This document shows positions 9,442 through 19,895 of a stretch of 64,000 bases of DNA, piece by piece (the stretch's first letter is position 1; the number at the start of each line of letters is the position of its first letter). The translations under genes were made by a program, and so were the position numbers. The notes beneath the pieces are model-generated. The model saw nothing but the letters and a program-made list of their open reading frames with translations. It was not told the DNA's origin and did not search any database. Source of the DNA: Methanobacteriota archaeon. GTDB taxonomy: Archaea; Thermoplasmatota; Poseidoniia; Poseidoniales; Thalassarchaeaceae. The stretch covers positions 809 through 64,808 of the forward strand of contig PATC01000023.1 of NCBI GenBank assembly GCA_002712285.1, written 5' to 3'.

Positions 9442-11190
9442 ATGGAGGAGCACATGGATCCCAAGGAACTGCGTATCCAGCAAGCTATCTCTGCTTGGCG
9501 TCGTCCTGTCGATGGAATCGGTTTGATTACTACGCTGGCATTAGTGGCCCTAGGTGCGTATATCGCCTTCCCTGCACTATCTGGAGATTCTTTGTCCAAT
9601 GGCTTTGTGCCACTTTTTGCCCTTCTCGGATGCTCACTACTGGTTGCAGATCTCGTAGATTTTGGACCTAACCAAAGAACTCGAATCGGGACTCTGAGTG
9701 GGATGGTTAGCCCTGTTCTCGTGGTTGCTGGATTGTTTTATGCAACTGAGGCTGTTCTTCGAGAACACCAATTTGCTGGTATAGGGTGGATGTTTTCAGG
9801 AGTTATCTTGATGGCTACAAACACGATTATCTTCGGACAAGAAGAACGTAGTGAAGTTATTCAATATCGAGCAATGATAAGGCTACTCGGACTCACTATC
9901 GCGGCAGCATGGTGTATCGCAGAGATCTCAGAGGATCTGGTCGTGATGTACCTGGTCGCTCTTTTACTCGCTGGCATCGTATTCGGTTTCGATCTTCGAC
10001 TAGGTAAAGATGACCGAATACAAAGACGCATTTTCAGAGAGCGATATGAAACTCTGGAACTTCAGCTTCTCGAAGTACGCGCATCTGGCATAGTCATAGA
10101 TCAAGCCATATCTCTTCTATCTAAAGCAAATGAAGTTGGTTGGACAGATTATGACGAAGGAATGCATCTTCTTCGACAAGCAGAAGATGATCTTGAACGC
10201 ATTTTGAGCTTCTCTGAAGATATTACCGTCATTGAAGAAGACGCGGCATCGTTCGTCGAAGAAGCAACAAAAATTGCACCTCTCGCTGAACGTCCCTTCA
10301 AGGCACTAGAACAGGGGCGGAGAGAAGTCGAGCTAGGAAGTTTACGTGAAGGTGAGATGTTGTATCGACGTGCAAAAGCAAGAGCGCAGGATATTATCGC
10401 AAACTGGGCTGAGGCAGAATCAGCGGTCAATGAAGCAAAGAAAGTCATGGAAGGTTTGACTGGAAATGACTTAGACCGGATGAAAGTGCTACTAAAGGCA
10501 GCACAAGATGCAATGGATGCTGAAGAACCTGGAGATGCAATCACCATTGCATCAGCAATTCCTGCGCATGTAAACAATCTAGGCGAAGCCATGGAAGCAG
10601 CCTCTGAGGCTGTCAAAGATGCAAAGGACCTGATTGCACGAACAGATGGTCTTGACACTACACTCTGGAATGAAATGCTTGAACGGGCTGAAAAAGCACT
10701 TGGGGAGGGAGACGGATCTCTGGCTCGGGGTTTAGCAGATTCTATTCGAAGAGAGATTGAGGCTACAGAGGAAGCAAAAGCAAGTGTTCAACGGTCACTG
10801 AGACAACGAAAGACTCTACGTAAGCGATGGATAGGATGGTCTGATGAAAGTGAGTGGGAGAGTAAATTAGGACAAATCCTTGATGATACGAAGAAAGGAT
10901 CTTGGAGAACTGCATCTGAGATTATGAATGAATTAACGACGGAACTTGATGCACGGACCGCGGCTCTAGAAGATGCCACAGAACTACTTGAATTCCTACT
11001 CGATGAATGGAAGAATCTCAGAAACCAACTACAGAAGGTTGCAATTGGTCCCGATGATAATGAGCGATTGGAGTGTGAAGCAGCAGTCGCCAGTGCTAAA
11101 CAAGCCCACGAAGTTGCGGATGTCCCTAGATGTCTAGATGCTCTCGGAGATGCTGACGGGCGAATGGAAAAACTACGACGTCGAGTTTGA
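9442..11190 (+). CDS. membrane-anchored coiled-coil protein of unknown function
   Basis: Roughly 4-5 N-terminal TM helices (aa 25-190) then ~390 aa of highly charged, heptad-like Ala/Glu/Arg/Leu-rich sequence. Confidence 0.5.
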   Translation: MEEHMDPKELRIQQAISAWRRPVDGIGLITTLALVALGAYIAFPALSGDSLSNGFVPLFALLGCSLLVADLVDFGPNQRTRIGTLSGMVSPVLVVAGLFYATEAVLREHQFAGIGWMFSGVILMATNTIIFGQEERSEVIQYRAMIRLLGLTIAAAWCIAEISEDLVVMYLVALLLAGIVFGFDLRLGKDDRIQRRIFRERYETLELQLLEVRASGIVIDQAISLLSKANEVGWTDYDEGMHLLRQAEDDLERILSFSEDITVIEEDAASFVEEATKIAPLAERPFKALEQGRREVELGSLREGEMLYRRAKARAQDIIANWAEAESAVNEAKKVMEGLTGNDLDRMKVLLKAAQDAMDAEEPGDAITIASAIPAHVNNLGEAMEAASEAVKDAKDLIARTDGLDTTLWNEMLERAEKALGEGDGSLARGLADSIRREIEATEEAKASVQRSLRQRKTLRKRWIGWSDESEWESKLGQILDDTKKGSWRTASEIMNELTTELDARTAALEDATELLEFLLDEWKNLRNQLQKVAIGPDDNERLECEAAVASAKQAHEVADVPRCLDALGDADGRMEKLRRRV

Positions 11191-11970
11191 TTACATGTCG
11201 AAATCTACGACTACAGGTGCATGGTCTGAGACCTCAAGACCGCCTGCTCTCACGATACGTGCGTCCTTGAATAGCGTCTTTGCAGCATTGTTCCCCAATA
11301 TATAATCGATACGCCAACCCTTGTTATCCTCCCGTGCTCGCCCTCGATTTGACCACCAAGAATAGGGGCCTTGGACTGACCCCCAATGTTCGCGGCAAAG
11401 ATCGTGCCAACCACTTGCGAGAAGATGACTGAACCAAGCTCGCTCATGGGGAAGAAATCCTGATGACATCATGTTACCGCGAGCATTCCAGATGTCAATC
11501 TCCTCATGAGCGATATTCAAGTCACCTGCGACAATTACAGGGTTCTCACTTGCAAATTGAGGTTTCAACCATTCTGCCCAGTTCTCCATCCACCTCTCCT
11601 TGTACAATTGTCGGTCAATTTTCGATGAACCACTCGGAAGATATGTATTGATGCATCGGAAACTACCATGCTGTGTTACGAGAATTCTTCCCTCAAGATC
11701 CTCTGGGTCATCTCCTCGACCCATCCCAGTACTCACGGTTGTGAATTCTTCTCTGCCCCATGTTGCTACCCCGGAATATCCCTTCTTTTCAGCCGGATGC
11801 CATTCCACTTGCATGTCAGAAGGCGGAGACCAATCCTTAGGAAGCTGTTCAGGAAGAGCACGAACTTCCTGAAAAAGCCAGATATCGGCATCCAGTTCTT
11901 GAATGAAGAGGTCTAGACCTTTTCGGATTGCAGCACGGATCCCATTCAAATTCCACGATACGATGCGCAT
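11191..11970 (-). CDS. xth: exodeoxyribonuclease III / AP endonuclease
   Basis: MRIVSWNLNGIRA...FQEV and the C-terminal SDHAPV motif are typical of the ExoIII/EEP family. Confidence 0.85.
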   Translation of the reverse strand: MRIVSWNLNGIRAAIRKGLDLFIQELDADIWLFQEVRALPEQLPKDWSPPSDMQVEWHPAEKKGYSGVATWGREEFTTVSTGMGRGDDPEDLEGRILVTQHGSFRCINTYLPSGSSKIDRQLYKERWMENWAEWLKPQFASENPVIVAGDLNIAHEEIDIWNARGNMMSSGFLPHERAWFSHLLASGWHDLCREHWGSVQGPYSWWSNRGRAREDNKGWRIDYILGNNAAKTLFKDARIVRAGGLEVSDHAPVVVDFDM

Positions 11971-11976
11971 GAGCGC

Positions 11977-12990
11977 TCAAACCTCAAGATTAGTGGACCA
12001 AGTGCCAGAACGTGCTAGATGCGCCATTTCACATCTATGCGCGAATACCTTGTGTGCTACACTAACATCGTCTTGATTCTTAGCCCATGTCTTGAGTGTG
12101 GTAGCTTGGAGAGCACGCCCATAGGAATAAGACAGTTGGAAAGGATGAGGGCCCATGTTGTTCATCATGTTGAGATGTGCTGTTGCTTCAACCTCGGTTT
12201 GTCCACCTGAAAGAAAGACAATTCCCGGAATTTCATGGGGGACGTTTTCATGCAGTAAATCTACAGTCAAACGAGCACAAGTCTCAACATCGCTCCGCAC
12301 TGAATGACCCTTTCCGGGAAGTACCATGTTTGGCTTAAGCAAGGCGCCGGGCAGATGCACTCCTTGAACCTTGCATTCGTCCCATGTGGCGGACAAAACA
12401 TCAACGGTTACAGCGTAGCAGCGCGCAGCATCGTGGTCCCCCTCCATCAGGACCTCTGGCTCAATGATCGGAACTAAACCCTGCTCCTGACAAATTGCTG
12501 CATAACGTGCAAGGGCATGGGCATTCGTAGAAATACAGGACTTAGATGGCATCCCATCACTGATACGGAAGACTGCGCGCCACTTTGCGAAGCGAGCACC
12601 CATCTCAAAGTATTCTGCACAGCGCTCCCGGAGGCCATCCAGCCCCTCAGTTACGGTTTCACCTTCATGACCTGCGAGCGGCTTAGCACCAGTATCTACC
12701 TTGATTCCGGGCATTATGTTGAGAGCATGCAGATAGTCCGGAATAGAAGTGCCGTCCACCGCATTCTGCCGGATAGTCTCGTCATAGAGAATTACGCCAC
12801 TGATTGCCTGCGCAATCGTTGGCATCGCGAAGAGACTAGCACGGTACTGTCGTCGTGTTTCTGGTGTCGATTCTACTCCAACTGATTCAAGTCTTTTCGT
12901 CATGGTACCATTAGATTCGTCTGCTGCAAGGATGCCTCGTCCTGGTCCAACAAGGAAATTCGCTGTCGATTCAAGAAGCGCCGTGTCCAT
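11977..12990 (-). CDS. fba: fructose-bisphosphate aldolase, class I (eukaryotic type)
   Basis: GILAADESNGT, GIKVDTG and the Schiff-base Lys context GALLKPNMV are near-identical to animal/plant class I aldolases. The start is probably the internal Met (MDTALLEST); the ORF is open to 13029. Confidence 0.85.
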   Translation of the reverse strand: MDTALLESTANFLVGPGRGILAADESNGTMTKRLESVGVESTPETRRQYRASLFAMPTIAQAISGVILYDETIRQNAVDGTSIPDYLHALNIMPGIKVDTGAKPLAGHEGETVTEGLDGLRERCAEYFEMGARFAKWRAVFRISDGMPSKSCISTNAHALARYAAICQEQGLVPIIEPEVLMEGDHDAARCYAVTVDVLSATWDECKVQGVHLPGALLKPNMVLPGKGHSVRSDVETCARLTVDLLHENVPHEIPGIVFLSGGQTEVEATAHLNMMNNMGPHPFQLSYSYGRALQATTLKTWAKNQDDVSVAHKVFAHRCEMAHLARSGTWSTNLEV

Positions 12991-13038
12991 GACCCAAACT
13001 ATGCCCAGCAGTCCTTGAAGAGTTCGCACGGATTATTC

Positions 13039-13992
13039 TCAACGAGTGTACTCACTGCTCACAAATCTACGAGTTCCCTGCAAGACATCGATAATCTCAC
13101 TATGAACCGCAGTACGATCAGGAAGGAACTCTACACCTGGAAGATAACCTGTACAGACACCGCTAGCAACGAAAATTGCATCATCCGACTTGCAAAGATC
13201 ATCCCGCTTCCAAATACGCTCGATATCATCATCAATCATACTCTCAGCACGTTCTCGATGACCATCATTCTTGAACACGAGTTGGCCTTCAAAGTGAGCA
13301 CCTAGGCCCCGTAAAGCCGTGGCGGTAATCACACCCTCTGGAGCTGCTCCAATACCAATCAGCATGTCAACCTCAGAATCAGGATTCGCTGCATCAAGAG
13401 CCGCAGATACATCCCCATCACCAATCAATCGAATCTTCACATCCAAATCTCGCAACTCTCGAATCAGTTCCTTGTGACGAGGACGTTCCATTACCACTGC
13501 TAAGATATCACGAGGGAGTTTATCCAACGCATGCGACGCAGCCTCAATGTTGTAAGCTACATCACCTTCAAGAGAAATCTCTCCCGCAAGTTCAGCAGGT
13601 CCTGCAAGCTTGTCCATGTAGCAGTCAGGAGCATGGAGGAGAGTACCGCGAGGAGCGGCAGCGAGAACGGCGATTGCATTGGGTGAGTCATTTGCACAAT
13701 GATTAGTACACTCAAGTGGATCGACCGCAATGTCGATGGTTAAGGCATCAGGGTCATTCTGTCGATTACCGAGGGGTTCGCCAATCCAGAGCATAGGTGC
13801 ATCATCGCGTTCACCCTCACCGATAGCAACACGTCCATCGAATGGAACACTATCAAACACAGCACGCATAGCTTCTACAGCAGCACCATCGGCCATCTTT
13901 CGCTCACCTCTACCACGCCAATCAGCAGCAGCGATTGCAGCAGCTTCAGTTGCTTTCAGGAAGGACTCAGCCAGATCGGCGGTGCGCTCCAT
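13039..13992 (-). CDS. glpX: fructose-1,6-bisphosphatase class II
   Basis: TEAAAIAAADWRGRGERKMADGAAVEAMR and VAIGEGERDDAPMLWIGE match GlpX signatures. The start is taken at MERTADL; the ORF extends to 14106. Confidence 0.8.
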   Translation of the reverse strand: MERTADLAESFLKATEAAAIAAADWRGRGERKMADGAAVEAMRAVFDSVPFDGRVAIGEGERDDAPMLWIGEPLGNRQNDPDALTIDIAVDPLECTNHCANDSPNAIAVLAAAPRGTLLHAPDCYMDKLAGPAELAGEISLEGDVAYNIEAASHALDKLPRDILAVVMERPRHKELIRELRDLDVKIRLIGDGDVSAALDAANPDSEVDMLIGIGAAPEGVITATALRGLGAHFEGQLVFKNDGHRERAESMIDDDIERIWKRDDLCKSDDAIFVASGVCTGYLPGVEFLPDRTAVHSEIIDVLQGTRRFVSSEYTR

Positions 13993-14017
13993 AGTGGCTC
14001 GTGGGTGGATTAGGTGT

Positions 14018-14476
14018 CTAAACCTCACCATCGGATTTCCGCTTCTCCAAAACTCGAATTCCATGAATTTGAGTAGATGGATACTGGCCATCTTCATCCT
14101 TCTCAAAGGATTTCACCATGTCAAGAGCACAGAGTAAGCCTGTAGCTACTGCACAAAGGGCCTCCATCTCGACACCAGTCTTCCAATGGGCAGATACACT
14201 AACCCGACAGATTAGATCCGATTCATCCCAATCCCACTCAACTCGACAACTCTCTAATGGGATGGGATGGCAATGGGGAATCATGCGTGGTGTCTCTTTT
14301 GCAGCTTGAATGGCAGCAATTGTACTGGCTTCAAATACATCGCCTTTCGACACTGACCCTTCCTGAATAGCTGTGATACTATTCAAACCAAGGCGGAGAC
14401 GACCTTCTGCCTGTGCATAGCGCTCAATGATGGGTTTGTGCCCTACTGGGACTATACCGTCGATGCCTTCATTCAT
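14018..14476 (-). CDS. moaC: cyclic pyranopterin monophosphate synthase accessory protein
   Basis: KGDVFEASTIAAIQAAKETPRMIPHCHPIPL matches the MoaC core. The start Met ATG overlaps the moaE stop (ATGA). Confidence 0.8.
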   Translation of the reverse strand: MNEGIDGIVPVGHKPIIERYAQAEGRLRLGLNSITAIQEGSVSKGDVFEASTIAAIQAAKETPRMIPHCHPIPLESCRVEWDWDESDLICRVSVSAHWKTGVEMEALCAVATGLLCALDMVKSFEKDEDGQYPSTQIHGIRVLEKRKSDGEV

Positions 14477-14898
14477 CCTAAGCCCTCTTTCCAGTGAGTC
14501 CCATCCTCGCGAATCTCCTTCTTCCATAATGGGGCCTGTTTCTTGAGGGAATCGATTAGCCATGAACAGGCCTCAAATGCCTCTTTACGATGGGCAGAAC
14601 CGACATGTATCGACACAATCGGTTCACCTGCCCCCACACGACCTACGCGGTGCGACATAGCTACTGCAAGCACACCGAAACGATCTATTGACTCAAGAAC
14701 AAGATTATTCAAAACCTCAGGAAGACGCTCTTCCCACGCGTCAAATTCGAGAGCGTGAACCTTAACTCCATGTTCTACACCTCGTGTGATTCCAAGAAAA
14801 GATACAATGCCACCACAACCGGATAAATCGAGTTTGGAAAGGAGAACTTCTGAATCAAGGAATTCGGACTCAACATGGATTACCACACGCTCGGCCAT
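14473..14898 (-). CDS. moaE: molybdopterin synthase catalytic subunit
   Basis: GGIVSFLGITR, SHRVGRVGAGEPIVSIHVGSAHRKEAFEACSWLIDSLKKQAPLWKKE match MoaE. Confidence 0.75.
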   Translation of the reverse strand: MAERVVIHVESEFLDSEVLLSKLDLSGCGGIVSFLGITRGVEHGVKVHALEFDAWEERLPEVLNNLVLESIDRFGVLAVAMSHRVGRVGAGEPIVSIHVGSAHRKEAFEACSWLIDSLKKQAPLWKKEIREDGTHWKEGLG

Positions 14899-14979
14899 AA
14901 CTCATGGATGGCATCGAACGCAAAGGTGCTTCGGAGCATTCTTGGTCACATTGATTCATGGCTATTCAGGGGCGGAACC

Positions 14980-16218
14980 ATGTCGGATGAGGTTATCCAT
15001 ATCCTCGGTGCAGGACTGTCTGGCCTTGCGGCGGCGACAATTCTTGCTAAAGCGGGCAGAAATGTCGTTGTTCACGAGATCCGCAAAGATTCTGGAGCTC
15101 GTTTCGATGGTGATTTCCAAGGTCTTGAAAATTGGACGCAAAGCCGTGACTTCTTTGATGAGATGAAAGAATGGGGATTAGATCCCAGTACTTTCCGTTC
15201 AACAGACTTCAAACAAATGGACCTCGCGCATCCAGATGACACAATTACTGTCCCTAGCAGTCCAAGATTAGCATTCAGGATTGTCGAACGAGGTACTGAC
15301 GAACATTGCATCGATCAAGGATTCAAACGCATGGCAATCCAGGCAGGAGCCGAAATTAGATATGGTTCAAAGGTTAATCCATCGACTTGTACCATCATTG
15401 CTGCAGGGCCGAAGAAGACTAGTGCAGTCGCATTTGGAGAAGTATTCCGAACTTCACATCCAGATCATGTGACCTTTCAACTCAATGATAAGTTGGCCCC
15501 GGGCGCTTATTCGTATCTTATTGTCATCCAAGGCGTAGGCCTCATTTGCACCTGCTTGTGGCGTAAGCAGAAGCAAACAAAACGATATCTCAATGAAACC
15601 ATTGCTTGGTACGAACGGATGTATCCAGAGTTAGATCGTGAGCCAATCAAACGCGTCGGAGGAAAAGGTGATTTCTCCATTCCCGCATCTTACTTTAATG
15701 ATGGAAAATATTACGTCGGTGAAGCCGGCGGACTTCAAGACTTCATGTGGGGTTTTGGAATGCGATATGCTATCACAAGTGGTGTTTACGCAGCGCAAAC
15801 TATCCTCAATGAAGGAGGGCACGGATACGATGCGCGTATCCGTTCTACGTTACTCCCATCGATACGTATCAGTGCAACTAATCGTATGCTTATGGATCGA
15901 ATTGGTGACCGAGGATTCAAACGAATTGCCACTTATTGGATGAAAAATCAAGAAAAAACTGGAGACGGATTGTTGTTCATGGAACGTCTATACAAACCAG
16001 GATTTTTTCGCCGAATGCTTTGGCCAATAACAAAACGATTGTTACTAAGAAAAATTCGATTGGCAGATGGGCGAACCGCTAGAAGGATGCCCTTTCGAAA
16101 GGCCTTGAAGCGCGACCAATGGGAGATGGGGGCAAGAGCACACGAAATTGCAGAGGAGTGGAAAGGTATTCGATCAGCAGGTGGACGGGTGTCCTTTGAC
16201 GAGAATGACACAGTCTAA
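14980..16218 (+). CDS. FAD-dependent oxidoreductase (geranylgeranyl-reductase-family fold)
   Basis: A Rossmann GxGxxG (ILGAGLSGLAAAT) sits at the chosen Met, MSDEVIH. Upstream in-frame sequence overlaps moaE, so the later start is preferred. Confidence 0.6.
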   Translation: MSDEVIHILGAGLSGLAAATILAKAGRNVVVHEIRKDSGARFDGDFQGLENWTQSRDFFDEMKEWGLDPSTFRSTDFKQMDLAHPDDTITVPSSPRLAFRIVERGTDEHCIDQGFKRMAIQAGAEIRYGSKVNPSTCTIIAAGPKKTSAVAFGEVFRTSHPDHVTFQLNDKLAPGAYSYLIVIQGVGLICTCLWRKQKQTKRYLNETIAWYERMYPELDREPIKRVGGKGDFSIPASYFNDGKYYVGEAGGLQDFMWGFGMRYAITSGVYAAQTILNEGGHGYDARIRSTLLPSIRISATNRMLMDRIGDRGFKRIATYWMKNQEKTGDGLLFMERLYKPGFFRRMLWPITKRLLLRKIRLADGRTARRMPFRKALKRDQWEMGARAHEIAEEWKGIRSAGGRVSFDENDTV

Positions 16219-16261
16219 TACTCGACCTCAACTTCTTATGCCCGGTTCCATTGGGCGATGT

Positions 16262-17122
16262 ATGTCCGAGTGGCCCGAACTGAAGCCAATGAAGAACCGA
16301 CTTGTGAACTACGGTGTGAGCGACAATGGGGTCGCTATCATCGAACTAATCTCTGATTCCGATGGCGAACCACTTGAAGGCGATAAGACATCGGTTAACA
16401 CCTACACTCGCGAAATGTGGCACGATATCGATGATGCGATCCTCGCAGCACGCTTCGACGATAATGTCTCCGTAATCCTCGTTACAGGACATGGTGAAAA
16501 GTTCTTTTCCGCCGGAGCGAGCATCAAGTATCTCAACAAACTCAGTCCACGCTACAAGTATTTCTTCTGCCTGCATGCAAATGAGACTCTCTCACGTCTC
16601 GAACAGACGCCAAAACTCGTCATTGCTGCTCTGAACGGCCATACTGTCGGTGGTGGACTTGAAATTGCCATGGCTGCCGATATTCGAATTGGGCGCAAGG
16701 GTAACTTCCAGGTTGGCCTCCCCGAGGTCTCGCTCGGCGTCCTCGCAGGCACAGGTGGAACTGCTCGGCTTTCTCGTCTAGTCGGTAAGGCAAAAGCCAT
16801 GGAGATTATGGTCACTGGCCGAAAATTCTCCTTTGAAGAATCAAAAGAAATGGATTTAGTTCACGATATATACGACAGTCTGTCACTTGATGAATACCGT
16901 CAGGATGTCTTAGATTACGCTAGTCGATTCACTCTCCCCTTCGCTGCAGCAAAGGCAATTGGAAACATCAAGCGCAGCGTACAGAGTGGATTGGAAATTC
17001 CACTCGAGTACCATCTTGCACTTGAGCGTGAACTACAATCCGATCTCTTCCAATCCGATGATGCAAAAGCCGGAATCAAAGCTTATGTCGAAAAGCAAAC
17101 TCCGCGCTTCACCGGAAATTGA
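16262..17122 (+). CDS. enoyl-CoA hydratase/isomerase (crotonase fold)
   Basis: FFSAGASIKYL and LNGHTVGGGLEIAMAADIRIG oxyanion-hole motifs. The start is set after the upstream gene ends (MSEWPELKPM). Confidence 0.75.
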   Translation: MSEWPELKPMKNRLVNYGVSDNGVAIIELISDSDGEPLEGDKTSVNTYTREMWHDIDDAILAARFDDNVSVILVTGHGEKFFSAGASIKYLNKLSPRYKYFFCLHANETLSRLEQTPKLVIAALNGHTVGGGLEIAMAADIRIGRKGNFQVGLPEVSLGVLAGTGGTARLSRLVGKAKAMEIMVTGRKFSFEESKEMDLVHDIYDSLSLDEYRQDVLDYASRFTLPFAAAKAIGNIKRSVQSGLEIPLEYHLALERELQSDLFQSDDAKAGIKAYVEKQTPRFTGN

Positions 17123-17203
17123 GATTCAAGACACCTGCTTGCACGATAGCCTTCCACGGGCTTTGGCTGATGTTGAAATACCACCATCTACCCCCCCCTA
17201 AAC

Positions 17204-18349
17204 ATGAGCACCACAGAGATTGTAGAGAAATACCATCCCAACTTTGAGGGATGGGTGCAGGAATTCCAAGACTGGCAGACTCGTATCGGCTTTGATCCTG
17301 CTTGGCTAGGCGACTATCGCTTCGAAATTCGATTTGACTGGGACTCCGCTGGAGATACGATTGAATTTGGTGATTTTGAGGGTATGCCCAAGTGGAAACG
17401 CAGGATGCAAATCCCTCAGCAGAATATTATCGATGCCATTCTAACGATGGTTAGCGTCCAAGGGGATACAGAATTCGCCTCAGTTGAACAGCAAAATCAT
17501 CTGCTCGCAACAGCTCCGACAGAGTATGATCGAAAGTCTGCACTTCGAATCATGTGCGAAGAGCAGCGACATGGATGGCAGATGGCTTACCTACTCTGTA
17601 CCTACTTCGGCGAACAAGGTGTCCGAGAAGCCGCAAAACTCCTCGAAAGGAACGCCCAGGATGGGACTCGTCTACTGGGTTCATTCAATGCTCCAATTGA
17701 CCACTGGCTCGACTTCTTCTGCTTCACTCAGTTCATCGATAGAGATGGCAAGTATCAACTGAAAATGCTCTCAACCAGTTCATTCCAGCCCCTAGCTGCT
17801 TCTATGGGTCCTATGCTGAAAGAGGAATCCTTTCACTTGGGGACAGGCGCTAATGGTATTCGAAGAATCGTCAAAGCAGGCGTTATTCCCATTGCGTTCC
17901 TTCAAAAATACATCAATAAATGGGTCAGCACCGGTCTAGACTTGTTTGGAACAGATGAATCGACCTCTGCAGAATGGGCTTACGTCTATGGAGTTAAGGG
18001 CCGATATGACGAACGAGAATCAGCGGAAAAGGCAGATCGGGAACACTTGAACGAAGCCAGCCGTATGCTCTACTTCGATGAAATTCGAGCAGATATGAAA
18101 CGAACTAGTAAGGCTAGAAAAGAAGGTGAACCAGAGTTGTTCTGCCCTTCAGACAAGTTCAATCGAGGTATTGGGAATTATGCTGACAAGCGTTTTACTA
18201 TTACCGGTGAGCCATTCGAAGGAAGCGATTCAGAATGGGAAAAATACCTCGAGGATAACCTCCCTACAGAGGCTGACGAAAAGAAACTCATGGAAGAATA
18301 CATGGCACCAGGTGTTGAATGGATTCAATACCGTGAATGGAAGCAGTAA
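17204..18349 (+). CDS. BoxB-like diiron oxygenase (benzoyl-CoA 2,3-epoxidase subunit B family)
   Basis: HPNFEGWVQEF, VQGDTEFASVEQQNHL, EEQRHGWQMAYLL, WLDFFCFTQFIDRDGKYQL and PMLKEESFHLGTG parallel the BoxB motifs as I recall them, including the EExxH diiron ligands. This is called from memory without a search. Confidence 0.5.
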   Translation: MSTTEIVEKYHPNFEGWVQEFQDWQTRIGFDPAWLGDYRFEIRFDWDSAGDTIEFGDFEGMPKWKRRMQIPQQNIIDAILTMVSVQGDTEFASVEQQNHLLATAPTEYDRKSALRIMCEEQRHGWQMAYLLCTYFGEQGVREAAKLLERNAQDGTRLLGSFNAPIDHWLDFFCFTQFIDRDGKYQLKMLSTSSFQPLAASMGPMLKEESFHLGTGANGIRRIVKAGVIPIAFLQKYINKWVSTGLDLFGTDESTSAEWAYVYGVKGRYDERESAEKADREHLNEASRMLYFDEIRADMKRTSKARKEGEPELFCPSDKFNRGIGNYADKRFTITGEPFEGSDSEWEKYLEDNLPTEADEKKLMEEYMAPGVEWIQYREWKQ

Positions 18350-18375
18350 TTCTAGTCCTTCGGAGCGTGTAATAA

Positions 18376-18936
18376 ATGCAAACCCTGTCATTACTTGCTG
18401 TTAACCGTGAACGACTACGTCCTTTCTTTGAAAGAGTCCCTGAACTCTTTGAAATGCATCATCACCAAATCGATGAAGACCCCGAAGGATACGAAGAATT
18501 ACTCTACAAGGTGTATCGTCCATATCCTACTCACATGTTCGGTCTTATCGACGAATGGCTGGGAATGGAACAGCTAAGAATATCCAGTGAACAAGAGACA
18601 ATGCTACGTCTATTCCTCCTTGCGATTCGCTACCCAGATACTCTACTATTCGAAAGCCTAGACGAGGTACTAACCGCAGATTTACGCAGAATGTCTGCTT
18701 ACCTACACTTCACTAGCCATACCTATGCAATTTGGGATGATGACACCCGTAAAGGACTGGGGAAACTAGGATTTGAGATTCCTGCAACTAACAATGCAGA
18801 CCCGTTCATCTATGGTGCCTATGTAGGTACGATCGAGTTGCTAAAGGACCTCGCTCCCTTCACGTGTTTCTTGGAACATGACGTACCTAGGCAACGCCTT
18901 TTCCAAGCAGCTCTAGCTGCATATGGACGCGAATAA
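18376..18936 (+). CDS. hypothetical protein
   Basis: 186-aa ORF immediately downstream of the BoxB-like gene. No recognisable motif. Confidence 0.4.
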   Translation: MQTLSLLAVNRERLRPFFERVPELFEMHHHQIDEDPEGYEELLYKVYRPYPTHMFGLIDEWLGMEQLRISSEQETMLRLFLLAIRYPDTLLFESLDEVLTADLRRMSAYLHFTSHTYAIWDDDTRKGLGKLGFEIPATNNADPFIYGAYVGTIELLKDLAPFTCFLEHDVPRQRLFQAALAAYGRE

Positions 18937-18967
18937 TTGATTCAACGCGGGCAAGTGCTCGAAATTA

Positions 18968-19894
18968 GTGCAACATCTCACCGTCCATCTTAGGCTGGCC
19001 ACCGTCGCTGTAATATGGGGCGTTGGTTGGGTGGCAGGACGTGTTCTTGCTCAAGAGATTCCAACTTTCACTGCGGCTTGGCTCAGATATCTTACTGCAG
19101 TCCTTGCTTTCGTTGCTTGGCTGGCATGGACTGGTCGTTTTACATTACCAAATAGGAGAGAATGGAGAATAGTATCCTTTGTCGGCTTCTTCTCAACCTT
19201 CCTCTACCAAGTATTCTTCATGCTTGGTATGGAACGAACTGCAGCTGGTGATGCATCCTTGATGATCACTTTCAATCCACTATTCACTGCAATACTCGCC
19301 ATATTCTTCCTTAACGAAAAAATGACCAGTCGACTTGGAGCAGGAAGCATTCTTGCAATTGCTGGTGTTGCTATTCTATTCCTACGATCACCGAATATCG
19401 ATATCCCGGCAGGTACTAGAATGTTAGGTGATTTTTTCATAATGTTATCAGCACTCTCATGGTCGGCATCGGCCATTGCAATGAAGCGAGGGATGACCGC
19501 TGCACCAGAAGGTGAAACCCCAATGTCACCCCTACGTATCACCGTTTGGTCATCAATAACTGGTCTTGCTTTTCTGACACCTGGATTCATCTGGGAAGTT
19601 GCATCTAGCCAATGGGTTACACCCTCTACAGAAGCAATATCAGCAATTCTTTTCTTGGCCATTCTATCTACAGTTGTGTCTTATGTCTGGTACGCTGAAG
19701 GTATCCGAACAATCGGAGCTGGACCTGCCGCTCTCTATGTCTATCTAGTTCCTTTATTTGGAATTCTGAGTGGTTGGATTCTCTTGGATGAGAAGTTAGG
19801 ATGGAGCCTTCTACTCGCCTTTGTTCTAATTGTAGGTGGTATTGCCTTCGCTCAGAGCGCGAAGGGTGATGAACGGGCAAGTGCAGTCGAATGA
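18968..19894 (+). CDS. DMT-superfamily (EamA-like) transporter
   Basis: Ten predicted TM helices in a two-repeat EamA-like arrangement. GTG start. Confidence 0.7.
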   Translation: MQHLTVHLRLATVAVIWGVGWVAGRVLAQEIPTFTAAWLRYLTAVLAFVAWLAWTGRFTLPNRREWRIVSFVGFFSTFLYQVFFMLGMERTAAGDASLMITFNPLFTAILAIFFLNEKMTSRLGAGSILAIAGVAILFLRSPNIDIPAGTRMLGDFFIMLSALSWSASAIAMKRGMTAAPEGETPMSPLRITVWSSITGLAFLTPGFIWEVASSQWVTPSTEAISAILFLAILSTVVSYVWYAEGIRTIGAGPAALYVYLVPLFGILSGWILLDEKLGWSLLLAFVLIVGGIAFAQSAKGDERASAVE

Positions 19895-19895
19895 C

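Noticed and set aside
10149-10658. 169-aa minus-strand ORF
   Set aside because: It lies antisense within the coiled-coil gene 9442-11190. The Ala/Ser-rich composition is typical of the reverse complement of GAA/GCA-rich coiled-coil coding sequence.
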